Positions 1-9,969 of a stretch of 64,000 nucleotides of DNA are shown here, piece by piece. Below the pieces are notes generated by a model. That model made no database searches. It worked only from the letters and a program-made list of their open reading frames with translations, and was not told where the DNA came from. Position 1 is the first letter of the stretch. Every line of letters starts with the position of its first letter. The stretch comes from Lama glama (taxonomy: Eukaryota). The DNA is taken from contig CM052816.1 of assembly GCA_028534125.1 (NCBI GenBank), forward strand, positions 24,554,001 through 24,618,000, written 5' to 3'. A program made the translations under genes and the position numbers.

Positions 1-261
1 GAGAGAGGACAGATGGGTATTGGGAGACAATGGACAGCTTCCACAAAAGTATGTGTTCAAAATACTCCCCTCCACCCACTGTCTAGAATGTCCTCCTCAC
101 ATGTCATTTTACTTCTTGTGCTGTCTGACGATCAGCCAGATCAGCCAACTGAGAATTGGTTTCGATTCTGTTATCCTTTCCCAGGGCTATCTGTCATTCA
201 CCCCTTCTTGAAAAATAGAAGTAATCAGCTTTCAAAAGCAGCCAAACGGAAAATTTTTTTC

Positions 262-480
262 CTTTTTTAAATTTAAATTTAATTTTTTTTTTATTTAGAG
301 AAGTATTTTTTTTAAATTGAAGTATAGTTGAGTTACAATGTTGTGTTAATTTCTGATGTACAGCTTAGTGATTCAGTTATACATATATACACACATTTCT
401 TTTCATATTTTTCTGTTATAGGCCATTACAAGATATTGAATATAGTTCTCTGTGCTATACAGTAGGACCTTGTTGTTTTT
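262..480 (-). mobile_element. L1 3' end fragment (cetartiodactyl type)
   Basis: T-rich tail followed by aattgaagtatagttga...gatattgaatatagttc.ctgtgctatacagtaggaccttg, shared with other copies in the window. Confidence 0.8.
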
Positions 481-764
481 CAGGGAAACTATATGTTGTT
501 TAGGACAGAGCAGGAGGTGGGAGAGATAAGTTTGGACAAATGGGACAGTTGGAGATAGGGTTGGCAAAGATAGGAAATCCTTTCAGGAGCCAGCAGGCCA
601 AATGGGAAGAGTAGGTACCTGGAAAAGTCGGTGCTGCTGGAAGAGAATGAGAAAAGGGAAGGAGGCTGGGGACCAGATGTAAGTGTCCCTCAGCCTTGCC
701 CCTTAGCTCTATTTTCTACTTTGGCTCAGTGGATACTTAACCTCTCATACCCGGATCGTCAAAA

Positions 765-900
765 GAGCTGGGTTCGATTCCCAACTCTGGGCCATGTAAC
801 ACTGGGAAAACCACATCTCTCCTAAGGCCCCATGTCTTTCTCTGTAAAATGGGCATAACCTTCCTGCCATACTTCTCTTCCCAGCACTTTTGTAAAATAC
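765..900 (+). mobile_element. MIR SINE fragment
   Basis: ctgggttcgattccca...ctgtaaaatggg core. Confidence 0.6.
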
Positions 901-929
901 AGACGCAGTATCGGACAGGAGGACTTTCT

Positions 930-2875
930 GTGGTTGACCTTTACTGTTTGTTTGCCTTTACTAACGAGATTTTTCCTTTTGTAATTTTGATATTTCTAGT
1001 TGTGTTCTTTTCCACTTCGTGAAGTCCCTTTAACATTTCTTGTAAAGCTGATTTAGTGGTGCTGAACTCCTCTAGCTTTTGCTTGTCTGTAAAACTCTGT
1101 CTCTCCTTAAAATCTGAGTGAGAGCCTTGCCGGGAAGAATATTCTTGGTTGTGGGGTTTTTTCTCTCATCACTGTACATATATTGCACCACTCTCTTGTC
1201 GCCTGCAAAGTTTCTGTTGAAAAGTCACCTGGTAGGCTTATGGGAGTTTCTTTGTATATAACTAGTTGCTTTTCCCTTACTGCTTTTAAGATTCTTTATT
1301 TTTTGCAATTTTAATTGTTATTTGTCTTGGTGTAGATCTCTCTGAATTAGTCTTATTTGGGACTTTATGTGCTTCTTGGATCTGGAGGTCTGTTTCCTTT
1401 CCTAGGTCAGGGAAGTTTTCATTTATTATTTGTTCAAATAAGTGTTTTGACACTTTCTCTCTCTTTTCTTCTTCTGTGGCCCCTATAATGTGAATGTTAG
1501 TACCCTTCATGTTGTCCTAGAGGTCTCTTAAATTATCCTCATTTTATAAAATAATTTTTTTCTTTTTTCTGTTCAACTTGAGTGATTCTACAACTCTGTC
1601 TTCCAGTTTACTGATTTGTTCTTCTGAATCATCTGTTGTTGATTTCTTCTAGTGTATTTTTAATTTCATTTATTACGTTCGTAAGCTCTGTTTGGTTCTT
1701 CTTTATGTTTTCTGACTCCTTTTTGAGCTTTTCTCTGTGTTCATCCGTTTTTCACCCTCGTTAGGCATCTTTATGATTATTACCTTGAACTCTTCATTGG
1801 GTGGTTTGCTTATCTCATCTTTGCTTAGTTCTTCTGTATTTTTTTCCTCTTGTTACTTTGTTTGGAACATATTCCTCTGTTACTCATTTTGCCTAATTCT
1901 GTGTTTTTATTTCTATGTGTCAGGTAGGTCAGCCACATTTCCTGATCTTGGAGACGTACCCTTATGTAGGAGACATCTGTGGGGCTCAGCAGCATACTCC
2001 CCTCTGGTCACCAGATTGATATGCTCTAGGGGTGCCCCCTATGTGGGCTGTGTGGGCCCTTCTGTTGTGGTGTCATGCTGGTAGGCAAGGCTGGCCCCTA
2101 GCTGCATGACCCAGGGGGTCCTGGGCTGATGCTGGCCTGCTGGTGGGCAGGGCCAAATCCTGGGGCAGTTGGTTGTGCAGCCCAGGGTTCCCAGGACTGG
2201 TGCTGACTGGCTGGTGGGCAGGTACTCCTCAGCACCAACAGGCCAGAGAGAGGACTCCAAAATGGTGCTTGCCAGGACCAGTGTCCCTGGGGTAGAACAG
2301 GCTTATCAAATGGCTGTTGCCAGCATTTATGTCCCCAGGGGGAGTCCCACTTGCCTTCTGCCTCTCTGAGGGGCTCTCCAAGATCAGCAAGCAGGTCTGA
2401 CCAGGCTCCTGTCAGATTACTGCCTCTATGCTGGGTCTCTGAGTGTGAGATTTTGCAAGAGCCCTTTAAGAGTGGAGTTTGTTTCCTACAGCCCTCTGGC
2501 TCTCCCCAGAGTAAGCCCCCCCGGCCTTCAAAGCCACACATTCTGGAGGCTTTTCTTCCCCATGCAGGACCCTTGACTGGGGAACCTTGTGTGGGGCTCA
2601 GATACCGCACTCCTTAGGGAGAACCTCTGTAATTGTGATTATCTTCCTTTTTGTGGGTTGCCTACCTGGGGATGTGGATCTTGATACTGCGTCTTCACCC
2701 CTCTTACCCATCTAATTGTGGTTCCTTCTTTATATCTTTAGTTGTGGAAAATCTTTTCAGCTAGCCTTCAGGTTGTTTTCATCGGTAATTGCTCTGTAAA
2801 TCATTGTAATTTTGGTGTGCCCGTGATAGGAGGTGAGTGCAGGGTCTTCCTACTCTACCATCATCATCTGAATCT
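930..2875 (-). mobile_element. L1 5'UTR and ORF1 remnant
   Basis: ORF 1286..1510 (NIHIIG..EEEKREK..LFEQIINENFPDLGKETDLQIQEAHKVP..RSTPRQITIK) is L1 ORF1p; GC-rich L1 5'UTR extends to about 2875. Confidence 0.9.
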
Positions 2876-3580
2876 AGCAAATTTTAACCTTCATTTAGGC
2901 TCCATGTAAAAATGGAAGACTCTGGGTCTGACTGGAGCCAGTTACATTCTTTCCTCCCTTGACTAAGTCCTTCTGGTGACTACAGCTTGGCATAAAGTTT
3001 GGATTCCCACCCAATTTAATACTCTGTCCTTCAAAAGGAGAAATGAATCACTTGCTCAGGAAAGTTTACAGTTGCTTCATATGATTACCAAATTCATCTC
3101 ACTTTTAGATACCTGTTTTCATATCATTCGTTCTTTGAAATTAATGATTATTCCTAGCATTGAAAGTCTAAGGAAAAAGATCAAAAGCCTTGAGGAGGCT
3201 CAAGACCCTCAAAAAGCCCGCATATAGTGGGTTGTTTTTTTTTTAATAAAAACTTAACTTAAAAATCCATTTGGGCATTAGGATCATACAGTCACAAGCC
3301 TGCAAGATAGACCTGCCTCAAGTTGAATTTCATGTTGCAGCATTAGAGAAAATAGTGTTCAAGGAAAGCATCAATATCATATACAACTCATTGTTCAGAC
3401 AAAAGGATGTAAAACCCAATTGAAAATCTCTCTTAAGGTTTCCTAAGAGAACTTAAACAACAATGACAACAAAGGGTGTGTGTGGTAACCCAGAGCTTAT
3501 TTGCTTCTTTGACTAAGATCGCTAGTCAGATTCTGCTCATGGGGAGGCATTTGAGCCCAGATGGAGACTGATTTACTAGG

Positions 3581-4280
3581 TTTTTTTTCCCCTTCCCCCA
3601 TTTTTTTTACAACAAAATTAGTCACTTTTATTGAAAACAAACATCACAAATAAGTGTGCAAAATTAAATTTCATGATTAAATGCACAATAAGTAGCATGT
3701 ATACTTTACATTGAAATCCACATATAAAGTTACTTGATTACATGACAGTAAAAGAACTGGCAAAACAGAACGTGCTGCTGCAGATTTTAAATGTTTGCAG
3801 TCTGAAACCGAAACCATAAAATTAAGTTTAAAACGAATTTAAGAAAGTTAAATGTATAGCTGAAGTAGCACTACCAAGGTAAAGCCCATAACCTACTTTA
3901 GTTACCAAATGTTAAAAAATATTTTATGGGGAGTTGAGATGCAAGTAGAAATCACCCAGTATTTCATTTCTGGGGAATCCCTCTTGTTATTTAGTTTTCT
4001 TTACTCTAGGGTGGCATCTGGATTTACACAGCATTTTATTCTGTTCAGCAGCCTCTTGGCTTTGATTGTGCAGTCAGTACTCTGCCTTCATTTTTCTTCT
4101 GTCAGTAAACTACCTCTCTGGAACAACTGCCTGGCAAACAAATTGGGTCACACATGCTTGTCTGTAAAACCGACAGCACATCACATCCTCCACGCAACGT
4201 TGCGCAGATCAACCGTGTCAGAGGCCCAGCATTATCACGTGATTGTTGTCCTTAGTTCTGTGTTTAGCAAGAAATGACTT
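3581..4280 (-). pseudogene. Putative 5'-truncated processed pseudogene (3'UTR-type sequence) of an unidentified mRNA
   Basis: Minus-strand AATAAA (3632-3627) followed 18 nt later by a genomic A8 run and a second A8 run; upstream sequence is unique and U-rich like a 3'UTR, with no repeat family I recognise; 5' boundary uncertain. Confidence 0.5.
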
Positions 4281-4689
4281 AATTTCCAGTGGGTGAGTTT
4301 AACCCTTAAATGGAAATTTGCCACAGCCTTAAAAATGAGGGGCTATGCAGTGGAAGAGATGCAGATTGCTCACTCACTGCTGTTCTCTCCTGGAGTAGCC
4401 AGCAGAACTGATTAATGCTGAGAATCTAGGAGATTTCTTATACCCCCCACCCCCACCCCTCCAACAGCTTACTGGCTCGCACAGACTTCCTAAATGGGCA
4501 TTCACTAATAATAGCATTTTAACAAGTCCAGGGCTGATGGAGGCAGAGCAGAACCTGTGATTACCTATTTTTTTGAAAGGACAGCTGCAGGGGTTAGAGT
4601 CCTTGTTCTGCATTCAATCTAAAATAGCCCATTCACACTTCAATCTTTATGAAATTCATAAAGTTTTGTTCTGGGTTCAACACACAGTC

Positions 4690-5835
4690 TTCCTCTCATC
4701 CAAGGCCAACCCAGCTGAGTGCCCAACTTGGCAACAGCCTTTGACATAGCGTCCTTCCTCTGTGGGCCAACCAGCCATTTAGGGGCAAGACTCTTAACTT
4801 CCAGCATGAGGGGAAAGAGATTTGCCTTTGGAATAGATATGTGTTCTTGATATTGATCTGCCTGCCTTGTCCATAATGTTTCTGCCTTAGTCACTATCAT
4901 GGTGTCTTCATCTCATAATACTTCTGATCAAGGAGCTTGTGTCACAGCAAAAGAATTTCAGCAGAGGGCCAGTGCCAACAGAATCTACTGGTTTTTACCA
5001 CATAGTCCATCACTCAGAAGCTGCTGGCTTAATAAGACAATGGCATGGTCTACTGAAGGCCCTGTTCGACTACCTGTTAGGAGAGACACCCTGAAAGCAT
5101 GGGGTTCTATCTTACAGGATGCAGTAGATGCTATAAAGCAGAAACTGACATATGTGTGCCTCTGCTGTAGGCATGGGTCCAAGAGTCAAAGTTGGAGGTG
5201 AGAGTGGATCCTTTCACTATTACAACTAATAACCCACTTGTGGAATTCTTGCTTCCCATCCCTGCAGTTTTGAGCTCTGCTTGTTTAGAGGTTTTGGTTC
5301 CCAACATACATGTTTCCATTGAACTGGAAACTAAGACTGCCCGATACCTGTTCTGAACTATTAATGTACTTGAACTAACAGGCAACCAACAACTGCAACA
5401 ACAAAGGTGGGGGGAGGAAGAAGAAAGAAAAGAAAGGCCCTGAGAATTCAGATCCTGCAGGAATAAAGGTTTGGGTTACTTCACCATGTAAAGAATTGTG
5501 ACCAGTTCTTCTGGAGAGCAAAGATGAAATGGGTAGTAGAAGATGGAAGATGGAAGAAGATTATGAATACACCTTTCTGATTAGTTACAGAAATGAAGAC
5601 TAAAGCAGGTGTGCATATTTTCTTGCTTTGTGTGTGTGTGTTATTGTATGTGCGTGCATTTGTGTGGTATGTATATTGTAAATGTATGTACAGTAACAAT
5701 TTTCTTCTTTTCTCTTTATTCTCTTTAATACTCTATATCAGTTTTGTTGGAAGCTAACTTTACAATTTAGTCACTAGGGAATGGAATAGTCAGATGGCAC
5801 TGTGACCAAATTTGAGGAATAATTAACAATAATTA
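4690..5835 (+). mobile_element. ERVL internal remnant (integrase and 3' internal region)
   Basis: SDQGACVTAKEFQQRASANRIYW, EAAGLI and DTLKAWGSILQDAVDA resemble ERVL integrase (SDQGTHFTAKEVQQWA...EAAGLIERWNG...WGKVLQKAVYA). Confidence 0.85.
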
Positions 5836-5841
5836 GTTGCA

Positions 5842-6835
5842 TTTATTTTATTTTATTTTAATTCAAACTTTTAGAGGAGCTTTGAAATAATTATTTTTCC
5901 GTTCTTGGTCCAGTTACATAAAGAAATGGCCCCTCAAGTTACAAGACAAGAAGACAGGGCCAGGCACTAGGGAGAGGAGAAGGAGGTGGCTGAAAGGGCT
6001 GGAGGCCTGGGAGCCACGGTCCACTCCTGGGGGTGGGGGTTGGGACAGGATTGCTTCTGCCCGCTTCAGGTACTCTCTTCCTCAACCGTCCCTGTGGTCA
6101 GGGAATGGGTCACTGGGGTCTCCCTGAAGCAGGATGTGCAGCCATCCCAGTAGCCCTGCAGGGCTGGGTGCCTGCCTTCTCCCGCAGGGCCTGGGTGAGG
6201 AGCTCTGTGGCTCAGCTCAGATAGGCAGCGCAGGTCCTCGCTCCTCTTCCTCTTCCTGCCCTCCTGGCTCCCAAGGTTTCAGGTGTAGCCTTTCAAACTG
6301 CCTGCATGGCTGCCAGCTCACCTAGGCCGGTAGGACTGAGGCCAGCACCTTCTTCCTTGGAGAAGGGGTCCAAGAGGGCAAGCCCAGTCCGGTGAGTGGG
6401 CCTCGGCAGGGGCAACTGGATGCCTCCTCTGTGCCCCCACAGTTAAAGAGGAGCTCCAGGGTCTACTGGGCAGCCTCATAAGGCAGAGAATGAGCTCCTG
6501 TGGGGGCGATGTGGGGATCAGAGAGGGTGGCAGGATGTGCAGGTCCTTGGACACCTGGGAGGGCTGGGTCACCTCCCCGCCCACGATGAACTAGAGTTGC
6601 GGGCTGTTGCTGAGTGCCGGGATGTGCGCGGTGAAGGGAAGCAAATCCTCAGCCCCCTTTCGCGACTCCTTGATTGATTAAATGATCCGTAGTCCGGGAA
6701 CCACAGAACACCTGGGCGCGGGGCGTGGGGCGGAGGAAAGCAGGGGTCTCTGGAAGGAGGCGGAGGCGGAAGAGGTTGCGCTGGGTGTGGGCCGGCGTTG
6801 GCCCCGTATTCACACGGCTCGTGCAAGTTGCTGTG
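5842..6835 (-). pseudogene. SNX15: 5'-truncated processed pseudogene of sorting nexin 15
   Basis: Minus-strand frames give HTQRNLFR..PAF..PRAQVF, RKGAEDLLPFTAHIPALSNSPQL, GGEVTQPSQVSKDLHILPPSLIPT, LELLFNCGGTEEAS, DPFSKEEGAG, PWEPGGQEEEE, ATELLTQALR, ALQGYWDG and EYLKRAEAIL, collinear with recalled SNX15 (PX and MIT domains). No introns, several stops and frameshifts, SNX15-like 3'UTR (gtaactggaccaagaa) and a degenerate poly(A) (ATTTT)n at 5842-5862. Confidence 0.9.
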
Positions 6836-7075
6836 TCACAGAGATGGAGACGACGAACGGGACTTTGCATCTCACCATTTTCAGGTGAGGATGAGGGTAT
6901 CTTCCTTTGTATGAAGTGTAGTTGCGTTTCGTTAGAAACAGTGGTGTTTCTCTTCGCGTGAGAGCTCACGTTTATATTCAGAAGGGATGTGTATGGACGC
7001 TGCGTAGCCAACCCTGAGGCTGGTAGCCAGTATTGAAGGGATTCTGGCCCCGCTGGAAGCCGGCGCTTCTCGACT
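6578..7075. promoter_or_regulatory. CpG-island-like segment with GC boxes, candidate promoter
   Basis: About 35 CpGs in about 500 bp (manual count); GGGGCGTGGGGCGGAG at 6720-6735; GGCGGAGGCGGAAG at 6759-6772. Confidence 0.55.
6836..7020 (+). mobile_element. ERVL internal 3' terminus, resuming after the SNX15 retrocopy
   Basis: cagagatgga...gggactttg...tgtatgaag..tagttgc...gaaggg.tgtgtatgga.gctg.gtagccaa resembles the recalled pre-LTR end of ERVL internal consensus. Confidence 0.65.
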
Positions 7076-7590
7076 CTGCCTTGTGATGCTAATGTTAAGA
7101 CTTCAAACCATATTTCTGTTTTGCCAGTTGCTCCCTGTTAGATTCTGCTAACAGGAGGCCTTAGGGAGAGCCCATGAGGCTGGAAGGGAAAAAGGGATCG
7201 CTCGGTCCTGTTCGCTCCCTCAGAACTTCCTAACTTCTTGTTCCATTGAGTGTCCCCCTATCCTCACGTCTTCAGCCTGGCAATGGCAGTGCGTTTCTGG
7301 AGCAGCAGCTGGATCCAATTTGCAGTTTTCCTAGATTGCAGAACCAGCCTCTTTACACCCCGTCCGGGACGTTAGTGCCACCTGGTGTGCCCCTTCTGCA
7401 GGGTAGTGGGGACTGACTTTCAGCCCCGGGAGCCCCTCCTGAGCTTCTAAGCTTTGAAAGTTTCAGCCACTTCTCTCCTGTTCCCCCCACACTTGGGGTT
7501 GCTCCCTCCATGGTATCTTAGTGTTCTGTTTCCCCTTTCTGTCACCAAATTGACAGTTCTTTTTTTCAAGGACTGATTCAGAGTCCTTGA
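7021..7590 (+). mobile_element. ERVL LTR (LTR33-like), 3' LTR of the interrupted element
   Basis: Begins gtagccagtatt; contains tgtgatgct...aaacca.atttct..tttgccag.t.gctccctgttag.ttctgc.aa.agg, as in recalled LTR33-family consensus. Confidence 0.65.
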
Positions 7591-7599
7591 CTTTAAATT

Positions 7600-9345
7600 T
7601 TCTCTGGTGTGGGAATTTCCATCCAAGATGGAGTAACGGGACTAGATTTGACTTCAGGTGTGTCAGAAGTTGAACAACAGCCGAAGTAAAACCAATAAAT
7701 CACTGCAGTGATAGAATTTTATCATGCACACACCAAAAAGACAGTTCATGACCCAGGAGCGCTCAAACCAAACAAGGAATGAGGCTCTGCTTTGAGGCTC
7801 AGGTGTATATTGTTACAGAGCATCTTACACAGTGGGAAGGCAATGACTCTTTTTCATAGTGATTGGTTATAATATTTGAATTTTCTTAAATGATAGAACT
7901 GGTCAGTGTTGACCTCACATCATCGCTGAGAAACAGTTTAACTTTTGCTTATAATTTCCAGAGGCATAAACAAGAAATGACCCAGGGCAAGTGAGTCTTG
8001 TAGAATAAACTAAATTGAGCTTTGCTACTATGACTAAACTTTTTTTGCCTGCTCAAGGAATTTTCAAGGCAATCTACATTTGTTTTTAATACCTGAAACA
8101 AACAAACAAAAATCCAGACAAAATATATAAACAGTATTTTTCAAGACGCTCAAGATCAGGTTATGAAGGACAGTTAAAGCCTGAGAGAAGAGAAACAATG
8201 GAGGTGAGCCCTCCGATTGCCCCATCTGACTTCTTGGAGAGGGCGTTCAGGCTGTGGTGCAGGGAGGGAGCCCACGGAGAAGGCGGCTGCAGAGATGGAG
8301 GTGGGAGAAAGCCCAGGTGACTAGAGTTTGCAGAGCAGAGTATTCAGGAGGAGGGAAGCTCTCTTTGAAAGACACTGAGAGTGAAAGGACAGGCCACAGT
8401 CTGGGAGAAATTATTTGCAAATCCCATCTCTGATGAAAGACTTTTATCTAGAATATATAATAAACCCTCAAAGCTCAGTAATAAGGAAATAGTCCAATGA
8501 AACAATGGGCAAAAAATGTGAACAGACCCCTTGCCAAAGAAGGTATACAGATGCTGTCAAACAGCATGTGAAAAGATGATCAGCATCAGTAGTCGTTAGG
8601 GAAATGCAAACTAGAGCTACAGTGAGATACCACAGCACACCTAGGGTGGAAACTCTAAAATTTAAATGACTGATCATATCAAGTTGGTGAGGATGGAGAG
8701 GAACTGGCACCTCATACACTGCTGGTGGGAATGTTAGATGGTACACTTTGGAAAAATAGCTTGACAGTTTCTTAACAAGTTAAACATATACCTGCCCTAT
8801 GACCTAGCCATTCCTCTCATAGGTGTTTACCCAAGAGAAATGAAAGTGTATGTCCAGAAAGAGGCTTGTACTGAAGTGTTCATAGCAGCTTTATTTGTAA
8901 TAAACAAAAACTAGAAACAGCCTACATGTTCATCCACAGGCTGATGAGTAAACAATTTGCAGTGTATATATACAATGGAATACTGTTCAGAAATAAAAAA
9001 GAATAAATTATTGAAAGGGGCAAGAAGTAGATAAATCTGACAAGAATTATTCAGAATGAAAGAATCCAGACAAAAAAATAGATACTGTTTGGTTCCATTA
9101 ATATAAAATTCTAGAAAATGCAGATATATATAGACAGAAAGCAGATCTGGGGTTGCTTGAGGATGGGGGCTGTCAAGGGGGCACAAGAGAGAACTTGCAG
9201 AGGAATTGCTTTTCGGGGTGATGGGTGTGTTTTTAATCTTGAGTCTGGTGATGGTTTCACAAGAATATATTTATGTCAAAAACTGTACATTTTAAATGTG
9301 TGTACATTATTGTATATAAATTTTACCTAATAGAGGTGTTAAAGA
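7600..9345 (+). mobile_element. Old L1 (L1M-type): 5' end joined directly to ORF2 end and 3'UTR, with a nested LTR at about 7657-8090
   Basis: caagatggagtaac 5' motif; from about 8360 ORF2 C-terminus (ctgggagaaa.tatttgcaaatc) and 3'UTR to about 9345. Confidence 0.75.
7657..8090 (-). mobile_element. Probable ERV LTR nested in the L1 5' end
   Basis: Interrupts collinear L1 5' sequence; contains gattggtta (CCAAT on the minus strand) and LTR-like composition; family not assigned. Confidence 0.4.
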
Positions 9346-9969
9346 TTAGAGAAAAACAAATCGGAATGCTATTAGGACAATGTTTGTTAGACAAAACTGC
9401 AGATAACATTTCTTTTGGCAGCTAACAAACCTATCCCTCTCCTATTTCTACTGCTTTGGACTGCACTCTAACTAAAGTAGCTTTCATCCTAGGGCAAGCA
9501 GTCCCCAGCTCTGAGTCCTGGGGAAGATTTTTGTTACTTCCTACTGGCCCATGCCTGTGCAGACAAGAAGGAATAGGAGGCGCAGTCATAATCTTTGAAT
9601 GGAGAAGGGGCGAAGGGGTAAAGGCATCAGTGCCTGACCAGGGCCCAAGGATAAGGAAGGGCAAGAGCCTGCGCTGCGTAGGTCCAGAGATGATGACTTA
9701 TCTTAATTTCACCATTTTAACAAGCATTTTTGTTACTTTGTATTCCCTTCCAGGGATTTGTCCTTAAGGCTGAATATTTTTACCTAGAAGTTACCGTATA
9801 ATTTTGTGCTCAGCCATTTTACTATTATAACATCATATATATCTTTGCTGCTTTAAAAAATGTTGAGGAAATATTCTTCCCGAGAAGACAGAATTAGACC
9901 TAGAGCAGCCACTTAGAAGATTAAAAGCAAACACTGAGAATTTTTCCTTAGCAGGAGTAGCTAAAAGCA

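Noticed and set aside
2098..2610. Longest ORF in the track (170 aa)
   Set aside because: Lies in the GC-rich L1 5'UTR and has no recognisable protein similarity
3909..4277. 122-aa hydrophobic + strand ORF
   Set aside because: Antisense to the putative retrocopy; hydrophobicity follows from T-richness; no promoter or splice context
6836..7020. Apparent continuation of the SNX15 N-terminus in ORF 6649..7011
   Set aside because: Beyond about 6835 the sequence fits the + strand ERVL internal 3' end better; the scattered SNX15-like words look coincidental and the ORF is a chimera without an ATG start
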